A DNA stretch of 56,377 bases, filler included, from Sphacelaria rigidula (GCA_964200075.2; 6 parts of 6 records of this genome joined end to end with filler, not necessarily neighbours in it), one strand, 5' to 3'; positions 23,977-37,005 are shown, counted from the whole stretch's first letter. Notes: generated from the letters alone by a model not told the origin. Translations and numbers: made by a program.

Positions 23977-26900
23977 CCCCGGTGTGGAGTGCCTGGAGCA
24001 GAACTCCGCCTTGTCCTAGGAACCGTCAGAAACTTGCTCGGAGAAGCCCTTGCCGAGAACGCTCAGCTCGCGATGTCGACTACCAGCCCCTTCGCGTGAT
24101 ACTCCTTTGAAAACAAACTGCTCACGGTAGCACAAATATCAAGACGGTGGAAAATACCTTGTGGGTTACGGGAGAAAGCGGCTTGAAACGCTATGCAGAA
24201 TAAATAGCATTGCTATCGGCACGTACTCTGGAGGAAAAGCAACTGCCTGCGTTAAACTCGCACGGCGCTTGATGCTAGCTGACCCCAACACCTGAAGCGC
24301 TACTTGCAACATAATTCCAGCAAATGGGACCCCATCTGCAACATTGCACAAGGGATCGGAAATGAATGAAGCGCCACTGTAGTACGCTATCAGGGTGGCC
24401 GTGTTGCAGAAAACACGTGAAGCGCAGTGCCAATATTTACGTATGCCCGGCCGTGTCAAAGAGGCCTAGCACATTGATATATGCAGTAATACCAAACTCA
24501 GAATTGTCACGTCAGACATGACGAGCCAGCCAGAAATTACCGAGCACACTCAAGAGCCAGACAACATCATTGATATAGTGAGCGGTCGCAATGCAGCATC
24601 GCATACACAATATACTTCGGTACGCATTTGAACGGGTGCGCGTGGTTGGGGGCGATCAGATGCCGTGTTCGACGCCAACAAAAGTGCACGAGTCGTATCA
24701 CGGCTTGGGGCAACGGTCACGGCCATCTTGAACTATTGGACGGGACAACTCCGAAGCACACGTGTAGTCCATGTACCGCAGGTGCCATTGCGGTGGCTCT
24801 GTAAGCCCCCCTACAGAACCAGATACTCATCCAGGTCGAAAACTCCTTGACGACGATGACGTGCAAAACAAGCTGTGTACAGAGATCGACGTCCAGATCA
24901 CACCAGCAAAGATGTGCTGAAGCGTTTGCATCGACATCAGCTGTGGCACGACTTGAGATTTCTGACCAGAAACCTTTCGACGTTATTTGGTGCTATTGGC
25001 GTCATTTCGCGGCCTTTGGATAAGCTTCAGCAATGTTCGAGGTGAGCAACGACTGCGTCCGCTTGTTGAAGATTTGTGTTTCCTTCCAGGAGATTGAAAG
25101 ACATACCGCCGGGGTGAAGGTCAGAACTGAAGCAGAATTTAGACACTGGGTTTGAATCAAGCGTACTATCCCCACCATTCACACAGGGTCTACACGGCAC
25201 CATATGCTACGACGACGCCGAGACGCACTACAGGGAAAAAGTTTATGCATCGATACCGGTGGGGGAAGGCTTAGTAGACGCGGGCCGGCGTGCGAAGGAT
25301 TATGCGGGTGCATGGTGCGGGTCGGCTTCTAGTTTTCATTCTCCTGCTGGGCGTTCTTGGTTGCACAAAATAGCAGGAGTGTTCCAAACATCGTCGGCAA
25401 AACGTATTGCAGACAAAACAGCACCCTAGCTGGACACAGCAACTCCGAGATGCACTATCGGAACACGGCCGGTGCGTCGGCGGTGTGGTGTTTACTTAGC
25501 TCACCAGGCACGCGCCTGGGTGGAGAGGGAGTACTTGCTTCCCACAACTTCATGTTTTTCGAGCGTTTGTACTGAATCGGTATTACTTGTGATCGTATGT
25601 AAGATAGATTTCACAGGAGGTCGCATGTACAAAGGCATCTGATATTCATCACGATGCTGCGAATGAGCTGTTGTGGTGTGGTGTGTCGCGGCCATCGCTG
25701 GTGTTCATCAGCTGAAGTGGCGAGACTACATATACACCGCCACATCGTGCTCAGCAGGGTACAATGCGACGTCGGAGCGTGTAATCTGCGCTGAAAATGA
25801 ATACAAAGACACGATCAAGTTTGGTGCAAGGCGGTGAATCCTGCGTCCACAAGGCTCACACGGGTGCAGATAGCGCCCTGTATACCGTCACCCTTACAAG
25901 GTTTCGCGACCCTTTATAGAATTGCCCGGCGGGATGAGCTGCACAGGGTGTGAGGGCGACTCTGTACAGCTCCCCCTGAGTACCTGTATACCCGTGAGGG
26001 TCCTTTGAACAAAACGTCGCCGAACAAAAAAGGGAACACCACTCTGGCATGAGAGCTTAATGCACGAGAAAATATGGAGATGTTGCCATGTTTCAGGGCA
26101 CGAAACTATCAACCCACATATAATGATGCTGTGATGCAGTTATTTTCATCATCCCGATGTACAGTGAAAGCTATCCTGGGCACGGGATAAATATCTTGTG
26201 GAGGTCCCAGCAAACTACGGCGAATCGCAGGCCCGGCACGACCGCACTATACTGATGACGTGAACCTCCTTGCATTAGTATAACGGGTTGGGATTGAGAT
26301 CGGTGATTTCGACGACAACGTGTTGGGGCTCCCACTGTACGCGGTACTGCAGTTTGAACCTATCGATCCACGAGACAGGATCATACGATTATTTTCGGGG
26401 CAAAAAGTCCCCATTTTGCATGGGGTTCGATGTTGACTAAAACTACCTGCGCATGAATTGTCCCCGACCTTATGGTCACTTGTGAGGAAAAATATCTGAA
26501 AACATAACGAAGCGCTTGCCGGCATGGCATAGCACGGAGTAGTGACAAGTGTCGGTTTGAAGACGCTCCATGCAACACCGAGCCACAGCCCGACTCATGT
26601 AAGAGGTGAGTGGCTCGAAAAAAGACACACTTGAGTGATCAGAATCAAAAGGCGACGACACATATCATCTTTATCCAAGTTGCATATAGTGGCCATGACG
26701 GAGATTGCACAAACTGGTCGTATTGAGTTGAGTACACTCTTGACATTACTGTGCGACACGGTGGTTACAGAGACAGACACACGCTGTCTACTCAGCAAGC
26801 GCGAGCCACGACGCACTGCAATATTGTTATTTGTGCGGGCGGCATTGCGTTGGTCGCGTTTCACTGCTCAAGCGTGCGCTATGTTAGTTTCACGAAGCAA

Positions 26901-27929
26901 GCGAGCACAAAGAACATGCGTATCCATGCCGCATGAATAATACACATGGAGGACAGAACTAGATTTTCCTGCTCCACATATTTGATGTGAGATACGTCCA
27001 TGTTTTGCTCGAACAAACGATCATTCCACGTTTCGGGGTGTTGTTCTCAACCGGTCAGCAGCAGAGGATGTCCTCATCTGTCCTTTTTCTGTTCCGTTCG
27101 ACCGCTAGAATACAAAAATGGTACCATGTGAGAAGGACGGCGCTTCGCCAGACCGTTGAACATCAGTGTTTCGGTTCTTCCGTACCGAACTTGGCACTTG
27201 CACACGCGCAGACAAATATGCACATGTGCCGAATTTCAATATGAGCGCGCACATATGCCGGTCTGGATACCTGCTATATATCGGGGGTTTTCTGTCGCAC
27301 GTGTTGCACGTATCACTGTTTCAGAAGTACATCCCGAAGTCAATCGGTTCAGACTGAAACTCTAAAACAATACTGTAGTTGTGGGACCGGTTTTCAGGGA
27401 GAGTAACTTTTTCGCGAGGTCAACATGTCGAGCATTTGATTGTGAGTGAGAGTTCAAAAGAAGCGGGAATCCTGATCCATGTTTTCGACTGCGGTTTCTT
27501 GGGGAATGATTCGCCCAACCGGTGGAGGAGCGGCTCGAAGGAAAAGCTCTTAGCCAGGGGGGTGAATCCAGCATATGTTTTCATGGCATTGGCCTCGTCG
27601 GTCAGGGTAGTTCTTATGGCAAACAAAAATCACCCTCGGTGAAAAAAAGCACTATATTGTCACCCTTTATACCCCAAAATAAAGTGACTCATCCTTTTCT
27701 TTGTTCCCTTCCTGTGGCAAAACAAAACATGCCACTGAGACTTGCAGGTCTTGGGAAGGCATCATAGCTTTGTTTCTGATATGAATTTCGACGTGCGTAT
27801 GCCCTTACGTACATCACATTAGTCCACAACCGCCGCAGCCAATGCGCGGATAATCAATGTGTTGGTGCAGAAAACGGTGTGCCGTTGAATTCTCCGGTAT
27901 TCCGATTACACCACACATACGGTATACAT

Positions 27930-27990
27930 CACACCCTGAACAAAATATTACATTGTTAACAAATGTACTGCATACAGTATGAAATATATT
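27930..27990 (+). repeat. Terminal fragment of the CAATATATATTG-array element family
   Basis: cacaccctgaacaa...atacagtatgaaatatattg matches the reverse complement of 29785-29824, on a different contig. Confidence 0.6.
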
Positions 27991-28085
27991 GTCTGCTGTG
28001 TGAAAAGGTAATCCCTCGACTGACGCTTGAGGGAATTCCTCCGGTCTATGTGGTGGTACCCACATCACACCCCGCCCCCCCCACG

Positions 28086-28125
<40 letters not shown>

Positions 28126-28142
28126 TTCCTCCCCGCTCCCCC

Positions 28143-28242
28143 NNNNNNNNNNNNNNNNNNNNNNNNNNNNNNNNNNNNNNNNNNNNTTAATTAATTAANN
28201 NNNNNNNNNNNNNNNNNNNNNNNNNNNNNNNNNNNNNNNNNN
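28143..28242. other. Artificial 100-nt contig spacer
   Basis: Same N/TTAATTAATTAA/N structure. Confidence 0.97.
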
Positions 28243-28339
28243 CGAAGAAGCATATTGACGCTGTCATTCTAGCGCTGGCTAGCGTCACAGACTTGAACCT
28301 CATTTTTTGTTTCAACCCCAAAAATTAGGATCGGCTGTT

Positions 28340-29824
28340 ACATATTGTCCCATCAATATACATTTGGGGCAGCGAGGGCGACAACATATTTCACGACCAA
28401 TATATATTAGGGTCGCACTGATTTGAACATATTGACTGGTCAATATATATTGGGTCTGCGTGGGTGAGAATGTATTGGCCGGTCAATATGTATTAGATAT
28501 TATAAGTATCGTGTACGCTCTAGGAGAGATCCAGACGCGATGGATGCCGGGGCCGGTGCAGATTGGGAAAAGCTTCAAAGGGAGCCGCAGAAGTTCGCGT
28601 GCATTGATGCGGAAAGTTGTCGAATGTGTTTGATACATATTTATATATGTGTGTGTATACTGGTTCGAAAATATGGTGACAGAAGAGGCGACCCGGTATA
28701 TATGCCTCCTAATATCTATCTGGTCACCGGTGCGGGGCCGCCCATCCCCTTTCCAGCATGTAATGTAAATATCTTGGCTAAATATCACGACGACAGAAAA
28801 CGCGGGTCGATATGCGCCTTTTGGTACCCCTGTGGTCACCAGGGCTGTGTTGCTTATACGCTGGACAATGTAATATGTTCCAATATGATACCAATACTTT
28901 GTATTGGAGCCAGCGCAAATATTGTCCTTTCAATATATATTGTGTTGAGATATCCTCGGAGATATTGAAGCAACAACATGTGTTGCTCGTGTCATGATCA
29001 TGAAGTAATGTCTGTCAATATATATTGGACATGCAGTGGCTCCGAGAATAAAACATTCAATATATATTGTGCATGCCGGCCGTGTATGTATTGAAGTGTC
29101 AATATATATATATATATATATATTGAGTCGAGGCGATGCGTAGCATATTGGTACCATAATATATATTGAATGCAAACCATGCAGAAGTACAATTTTTCCA
29201 ATATATATTGCGCACGCTGATCGGATAGCTATTGTGCAGCCAATATAATATATTGAACACAATTGCGGAGGAATACATTGAGCATTTTCGGCATGTAAAA
29301 TACGTCTTTGGATGGCGCCCGCGAACAAAGAACTGCCCACAATACTAATTCCAGTACACTTTCCAATCTATATGTTGAAAATCAATATATTTTGCTACAT
29401 CAACATGTATTGTGACCGTCGGTTCCCTTGTGTATTGTCCACCAAATATGTATTGGACGCATTGACGCACGACATATTTGGGCGGCAATACATATTGGCG
29501 CTTCGGGTGTCGAGTGTATTGAATCGTCAATATATATTGACCTCGGGTGGCAGCAAACACATTACTCGATAAATATATATTGGTGCCTTCTCGCACCAAC
29601 TTATTACTCGGCCAATATATATTGAGGTTGCGCGTGTCGTGATATATTGTCCGGTCGATATATATTGCAGGTCGCGCGCCTTGATATATTGATGGCACAA
29701 TATATATATATACATTGATTCTCTCTCATGTCATCATATTGCTCGCTCAATATATATTGACCACCCGACGCCTCGATATATTGAGCGGGCAATACATATT
29801 ACATACTGTATTGTTCAGGGTGTG
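28340..29824. repeat. Array of palindromic CAATATATATTG motifs at ~42-bp period; probable subterminal region of a CAC-terminated DNA transposon
   Basis: Motif or near-copy starts at 28354, 28398, 28441, 28484, 28931, 29016, 29058, 29100, 29199, 29241, 29486, 29528, 29613, 29656, 29698, 29748 and 29790. Ends in ttgttcagggtgtg, abutting truncated Gypsy pol. Confidence 0.8.
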
Positions 29825-32800
29825 AAACATTGCCATTCGAGATAACCCTGCAACCTGGCGTTTCGCCAATCTCATCTCGACCATATCGAACGAATCCCCT
29901 CCTCACCCAAAAAGTCAATGCTATTTTGGATGCATACTTAGGAGCTGGTCTGATTCAACACTCGTCTTCGCCATGGGCCTCACCCCTCGTGGTCGTCCCC
30001 AAAAAAGATGGCAACATACGCATCACCGTGAATTACAAACGGCTGAATCGCGTCACTGTCGTGGGAAAAATCCCCCCCATACCTCGCACCGACGAAGTCT
30101 TCGACTCTCTCTGCGAAGGAAAAATATTCAGCACTTTCGATCTGGCATCTGGATTTTTCCAAAATGCAATTCACCTCGATACAGTTCCCTTGACAGCGTT
30201 CTGCACATCTTCAGGGCTTTATGAATAATGGCTTCGTATGCCACAAGGCGCTGCCGCAGCACCTGGCTGCTTTCAACGTATCATTCTACGCGTTACTGAC
30301 GGTCTCGAGCATGTTATCATGTATCTAGACGATGATATTGCTTTTGGTGCGTCCCCCAAGGCGCATGTTTGCACTCTACGGGAATTCCTCTCCCGCTTGC
30401 GTACACACGACTTGAATTTGTCCCCATCCGAAGCTCGACTCGGAGCGACTGAATCGGATTGTTTAGGACACTCCATCTCCCCTGCTGGATTGCACCCAGA
30501 CACGAACAAGGTCAAGGCTATGTCTGATATGCCCATGTCCACCAATATTTCGCAGCTTCGCTCGCTGTTGGGCGGACTTTCTTATTATCGCGAATTTTTG
30601 CCCAACTTGTCCACGCGGATCCGGCCCATCATCGATTTATTGAAGAAAAAGTCCCGTTTGTCTTCACTAAAGAAATGGAAGCTACCGTCCGCAAATTGCT
30701 CAAAACACTGACCGAAAAACCGGTTCTTTGTTTTCCGGATGGGGATGCGGTAAAAAACAGCTCACGTCTTTTCCAACTACACACCGATGCTAGCACAGAC
30801 GGGTTCGGCGCAGTTTTGAATCAGCCTCAACTGGATGGCTCTGTCCGACCTATTTTGTACGTCAGCCGCGCAACCCTCCCAAACGAGGCAAACTGAAGTC
30901 CACTCGAAGTAGAAGGCGGAGTCATTACTTGAGCTATCAAACGGCTTCGACAATACTTGTTCCACGTGCCTTTCCACATCGATACAGATCACGGAACTCT
31001 TGAACAACTCGTTAAGGTTGGAGAACATAACCCCCGCGTACAACGGTGGCTGGAGTTCTGGACTGCTTACGAGTACACTGTTAAACACCGTCCGGGCAAA
31101 ACCAACGGGAATGCTGACCTTCTTTCGCGATTGCATCTCCCCCCTACAGCGGTAGACTTCAGTCCCGCTTGCCGGTTGACTGAGCCTGATGAACCAGGCG
31201 TCTACCCCATTCGGCGTTTTTCTACGTCCGTCTACGCGCTTGACCTCTAATGCCCTGAAACAGGTCTGCACATGGGGGGCCCCCGCCCACTGCCCCCTGA
31301 TGCAGTTGTGGATGGCTTAGCGCCCTCAGTTGCTGATTTTGCCGACTTCCGCACTTTCGGCCCTCGCGCGAACATCTCGGCGCCACCGCCACCAACTCTT
31401 CACCTCATCTCCGACAGCACGCGTTCTCGGTCGGCAGCGCGTGCAAATTAATCGCGTGCCGTGATACCACCGCCGCCGTCGGCCGCTTCTAGCCATGCGT
31501 CGCCGCCGCCGCCTCGTGCCCCCACGAACCGTACAACACCTACCACAACCGGTCGTGTGCCCAGTGTTGTACCGACAAAATCCGCACCCCGTGTGCGCCC
31601 AACGCGCCGATCACGTTCACCAGTTCGCGCTACTCCCACGCCGCCTTCTGGGAATCTCCCTGCACCTGCGCCTCTACCTCGCGATACGCATGCGTCAGAT
31701 GCACTTCCGGATCAAGATGTTGAACTCGGCGCCCCTGCTTCCTCACCTGTACCACCCCTTTCTGAGCCACCATGTTTGGTTGGCTCTCCGGCTAAAGGAC
31801 AACTTCGAGAATTTTTCGCTTGCTACTATCACCGCGATTGGACTCGCGTCCAACAACAGGAACTCTGTCGCGCGACAATGCGGTACTTATGGCTTGACTG
31901 CCCCACCCCTTTCCCGCCTGAGATCCTGACTCCAGTGGGCACGCTGCCCGCCCCCACCGCCTCTGAAGTGCTCGAGCTTGGACGCAAAGGTACTATCTTC
32001 ACGACTGACAACGACGTCTATTTGCTTGTTCGCCGATCCAACTCCCATCTGGGCAGGGCTGCTGCAGTAACAACTGCCACTCCGGCACATATGCGTCATG
32101 ACGCCCCTATCCGCATTTATGTCCCTATCATGATGCGTCCGTGGGTCATGAAGGGCGGTCACTCTGATTTGTCCTACCACTTAGGCATCACGCGCACGTT
32201 AGCGCTCCTTGAACGCTTTTATTGGTGGATCGGCATGGAAATATCCACACGTTTAGATCCGACGATGCTTCAAATGTCAGGCTCGCAAAACCTCTCGACA
32301 GACTATACGATGACCGGTGATTCCATGGAACTTCCAAACGCTCCTGGTCACTTCGTATAGTTTGACTACTTCGGCCGTTTACCAACCACTGACCGTGGTA
32401 ATACCTACATTCTGCTTTTCACCGATCGCTTCAGCCGTCACGCGTCTATGTACGCTCTTACTGCTAGCGATTTCACTGCTGCCGGCAAAGCGGACATTCT
32501 CGTCCATAACTACATTAAGCACTATGGCTGCCTGAAACGGCTCCTCTCCGACAATGGTCCACAATTTTGCTCCGAACTCTCGGATGCTTTGTACAAGCTC
32601 CTCGGCATTCGTAAAATTGCCACGAGCGCCTACCATCCTAGCGGTAACGGTGGAACTGAACGTGTGCACCAACCACACTATGGCTCAAATACTATCCATG
32701 GTCGTAAACGACCGCCAGAATGACTGGGACCTTCACCTTTCGCATGTCATGCTGTCTTGCAACATTTCGGTCAACGAGGCTACAGGCCTCTCGCCCACCG

Positions 32801-33950
32801 AGCTGTATCTTCGACGCTACCCTCGTCTGCCCATCACCGTTTTCGAAAGACATACCTTCGATGGTCACCAAGGTCTGGAACAGGATCAGCTGTCCTACCA
32901 CGACCTCGCCAGGGCTCGTCAGCGCAAGGCTTTCACTTTGGTGCCCGAAAAACACGCTATCAACGCCTCACGCCTTGAAAGATTCAATATCGCCCTCTAC
33001 AACTTGATGCACAAACGCCCTACTTGGAAAATCGGCGATTGGGTCTGGATCTACAACAGTTTGTCCACAATCCATCAAGGCGCTAACCGCACTGCCCATG
33101 CAACAGTCTTGAAGACCAAACTGTCCCTTGATTGGACGGGTCCGTTCAAGATTCTCATAGTAGGACCCACGCCACCGTCTCCAGATGGCAAGCCTGTTGG
33201 CGACAAACTCTTCCACCTCGATATACCTCGTGATCTCCAGGGACATGACGCTAAATCTCGCGTCTCTGTGCATCGTTGCAAGCCTTGCACGAACCCACAT
33301 GACACTACTGACATGCCTCAACACCTGCCTGCAGGTCTCACTCAATACGTGCTCCACAGCCACTGAACAAAATCTCCACCGTACCACGTTACCACCGATG
33401 GCGTGACTGAACAACCTCTCCGCTTGGCCGTGTCCCACATTTCCGGCCACCAATTCACTCGAGGTCCTGGCGGCAAAATTGCTGTTATGTACAAGACACA
33501 TTGGCAAGGTCTTCGGCGTGCGTCTTGGAAACGCGAGTCCGACCTTCAACTGCACCGTCGTGCTATCCTTCTTTATTGGACGCACACCCCACAGCAACAG
33601 CTCGCTGACAACAAGGGATATATCGCAACATGAGACACGGTGCTGCAGCCCGCGAACTCCACCGCGACAAAGGATTACGTTTTGTAGCCGATGGTTACGA
33701 ACTTGTACCCACCAAACAGTGGGGCGAAAAGATTCGCGTAAAACATCAACCGCTCCCTAAAGGTGCCTATTTGTGGTATAAGGGTAGCGATTACCTCTGG
33801 TGGCTAGGTCAGATCCACTCCGTCGATACCCTCACGGCCGACACGTACATCGTGCGTTTCCTCGACGACCGTGGGCTCGGTCAGCTCAAGCTTCGCCCCG
33901 GTTTATACACGACTAGCCCCTCCGCACCCCGCGGTTCATGGTGCCCATGA
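29825..33950 (+). pseudogene. pol: Gypsy pol polyprotein remnant
   Basis: Assembled from ORF fragments 29830-30228, 30238-30711, 30675-30896, 30957-31250, 31461-32360, 32448-32723, 32554-33366, 33403-33633 and 33630-33950. Confidence 0.93.
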
Positions 33951-34110
33951 CGCTTCAAGTGCACGGCCTACACCGAGGCCTTCAGCGCAATATCGATCGT
34001 ACACACGACATCAATGCACCATCTTGAGTCCTATCTCTTTGCACTCTCTTTATCGCGATTTTTCTCTTCCCTCCCGCTTTGGTTCTGGTACTTCCCTTAT
34101 CCCCACTCAT

Positions 34111-34362
34111 GAGTCATCCTTCGATAGGGGGGGGGGGGGATTTTGGGGCACTTCTTGCACAAAATTCCGAGTCAAATCGTCGTTAAAAGCAGCAACGGTT
34201 GTTCGAACGAGGTTGTTGTAGATTAATAACGCTAATCCATACTGCCTGACACCGTTTGAAGCCAGATACAAGCGCAACGCAAGCGTGGCAGGTCGCCTGA
34301 CACATCTATAAGCCTCTTTTTTTGTGCAACCAAATACCCCCCCCCCTATCGTAGGATGACTC
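34111..34362. mobile_element. MITE family A, uninterrupted 252-bp copy in the Gypsy 3' UTR
   Basis: TIR gagtcatccttcgataggggggg / cccccctatcgtaggatgactc. The interior is the reverse complement of 775-890 plus 1240-1345. Confidence 0.85.
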
Positions 34363-34890
34363 TCAGGTACGCTCTCCTCTTCACTGCTTCACCTACTATG
34401 GCTCTCCTATCACGGCTCATATCTGCCTTCATCGACCCCTTCGACGCCTTCCTTTGAATCCCCTTCGTCCCCTTCCATTGGGCTCTACGCTGCCACCATT
34501 TTGTCCGGCTGGCACTCGACCCTATTTTGTCCTTGAGTTTCTGTTTCCCTACTTGAGATTGCCACTGTGTCCTTTGCGAGCTTTTCCTTTGCTTTTTTTT
34601 ATCTAGCTAGCGCGTCAAAGCATTGTGTGCTTTATCCGTCTGTTCGCTAGCTCGCAGCAGCATTGTCTGCTACTGCGCAGTCAACCGCCATTGCGTAATT
34701 GCGCTTTTTGAGGCACCTTTGGTGTTTCTCGTTTGAGGTGTGGGAGAATCGGGCGCGGGCTGGTCATTGCCCTCTTGTTTTTTATTTTTCGCGTTGTCTC
34801 CTCATGACTTGATGGGTGAGACAAGCCTCAATTTTAGGTGCTCTTGAGATTTCATCGCAACTCAAGTAAAGGTTGGTCTGGGTGGGTGAG

Positions 34891-35292
34891 TGTCATGAGG
34901 AAGGAAGATAGAGAGGCATTATTTGTTCCTTCAGACAGTTTTGAGGCAGGTCGACTGACAGATCGTTCGATCTGTTCGTGGGATTACTCCCATAGTTTTG
35001 GGGAAGGTTGACATGCAGACTTGCGTACCCTAGTCCCGAGGAGGAGGAACGCCTTCTCGGGCCGAGGTTAGAGAGGTTGTGTTGCTTGCACCCTCGATCA
35101 CTCTCTGAGCTGGACACTCTGCATCTACTGTTTACCTTCGGTAAGAACAGTACGTCAGGCGAGCAAGAGAATAATAAGCGAGAATAACAAGATACCAAGC
35201 CTTCGAGCTCCTTTGTTTGTTCGTTACTGTTGACCAACAGTCACGTGAACTTGTGTGTGAGTCACACACCTGCAGCTTGTTCTGCTCGGACA
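34891..35292 (+). repeat. Putative 3' LTR (~400 bp)
   Basis: Purine-rich gggtgggtgag immediately precedes TGTCATGAG, and the candidate end CTCGGACA forms an imperfect terminal inverted repeat. No 5' LTR is available to confirm the right boundary. Confidence 0.6.
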
Positions 35293-35759
35293 CATTGCAC
35301 CTTGTGCATTTTACCAAGCTTGCAGCACATTAATAAATACTCATCTAGGAAGGCCTGTGGAGCTTTCCATATTACACTAAATATGTTCTCTGCCTACACT
35401 GCGACGTGAAAAGGACTTGAACAACGTGCAGCTTTATACTGACGATGCCTGCACCCATGCATCAACTATATTCGGTGAGTACGTGCATGCTATGTATATA
35501 CCCCGCATGCATATGGCGCGGTTCGATCCGTCGCCGCATGCGATACGCCGCGCGACCATGAAAGAAGATGCTCAAGTTTCCATGCACCAACAAGAAATAC
35601 CTCATACCCAACCACGGCAGTGTGTATCTATATCCCTGTGCCCAACTCGTGCTCTTTGCTACAGACAGTATATATAGGGTTGTGCAGTATAGCTGCGAGA
35701 ACAAAAGTGTTTCTGTTATGGGTGATTTGCGTGGATCTCGGGTCATGGTATATACTACA

Positions 35760-37005
35760 CATGTGGACAAAGAGCACCCTGTGGGGCACGTCTACAGGGT
35801 TCAGGGAAACTGTGCAGTGTTTCTCGCGGGGATCTGGCTGTAGTTTTTTTTTTGCGCCCCACAGGACGGTTCACAGGGTTTCGGGGAAATTGTGCAGGGT
35901 TTCTCGCGGGGATTTGGCTGTAGGGTATTATTTTGTGCCACACAGGGCGCTTCACAGGGTTTCGCCACTCCGTGTATAATTCATCGCTGTTCATATGCTG
36001 TACAACCTTTGCAGCGCACATACAATATACTCCCTAGAGCATGGGCATGGTACTGGCAGAAAAATACGGCCAAGAAATTACAGCAGTGGGACTCTAACTC
36101 ACGATCTTGTGCTTTGGGGTGCGTCAGTGTGCACATTGAGCTACCTGGCTCGTTACGCGTGACATATTTTGTGCTTCTAATAACTATACAGCAAAAAACT
36201 CTCTAAACAAAAGCGTACTCGGTTGAGTGATTTTGGTAGACTGCGCACCACGGGGTTTTCAAAAGCAATATAGACTAATATGCGAGGTATATACCGTTCC
36301 AGTAGGATCTTGTGACGCCAAGTTTGTGCTTGAAGCACAGGTGTGGACATACACACGTAACCAATGTGTGGGATCTCTACTCAGCGAAAGTTGTTCAGAA
36401 ATATTCATCCTTTGGGGCTATAGGATGAATTGCTCTCAACAACTTTTGTTGCGTATATGATCCATACGCTGGTAACGGTGCAGTATGCGGGATATGCACA
36501 GCTGACGCTGCTTGCAATAAATCTATTTTCCCCCAATTTCCGAATGAAATTGAAGAGCAAAGTGAAGATTTATTTTGAGCTTCTTCTGCTGTTCTAATGC
36601 CAAATCTGCCAGTGTGCATGGGATTTGCACAGAAGCAAAACCTACTCGAAATAGATCCTTTTTTTTCCCCAATTTAAATGGGCGAAAAAAGGATCTATTT
36701 TGAATAGGTTCTTCTGCTGTTCGAAATATGTCATTTTTTTGCCCAAATAAAATGGGCGAAAAAAGGATCTGTTCTGAATAGCTTCTCCTGCTGTCCGAGA
36801 TAAATTTACAGATTTTATACCAAAATAATTTGGAATTTTCGAAATTGGGAAGGCCTTTCCACAGGGTTGCTTGTAGGGTTTCGACAAAACGCTATGCAAA
36901 ATGCTATTACAGGTACTAGGGTTTGCAAATGCTGCACAGGGGTTTTCACAAAGACTTTGGAGAACCCTGTGCAGCTCGTCCTACAGGATGCTATTTGTCC
37001 ACGTG
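35760..37005. mobile_element. Non-autonomous TIR element with internal cacagggttt repeats
   Basis: Left catgtggacaaagagcaccctgtgggg vs reverse complement of the right end cacgtggacaaatagcatcctgtagga. Tandem ~69-bp units at 35795-35965. Confidence 0.65.

Larger units (their letters stand above)
29825..35292 (+). mobile_element. Degenerate Ty3/Gypsy LTR retrotransposon, 5'-truncated (RT-RNaseH-integrase-chromodomain, 3' UTR, PPT, 3' LTR)
   Basis: RT: SPWASPLVVVPKKDG, FSTFDLASGF, MPQG, YLDD. RNase H: LHTDAS, TDH, NADLLSR. Integrase: H..HLG..RFYWW, CFKC, TDRFSR, LSDNGPQF, SAYHPSGNG.TER, GPF. RT-RH-INT order. Many stops and frameshifts. Confidence 0.95.

Noticed and set aside
21695-24099. Numerous antisense and alternate-frame ORFs over the EsV-1-7 arrays (also 15056-16356)
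   Set aside because: These are shadows of the 114-nt periodic coding repeat.
9415-28142. Endogenous phaeovirus segment
   Set aside because: No capsid, polymerase or other NCLDV core gene is present and gene density is low; EsV-1-7 repeats are common in host genes.
27930-29824. One transposon bounded by cacaccctgaacaa / ttgttcagggtgtg
   Set aside because: The ends are on different contigs and there is no matching TSD; these are two copies of one family.
28340-29824. CRISPR array
   Set aside because: The repeat is only 12 bp, AT-rich and degenerate, there are no cas genes, the context is eukaryotic, and it ends in a TE-like terminus.
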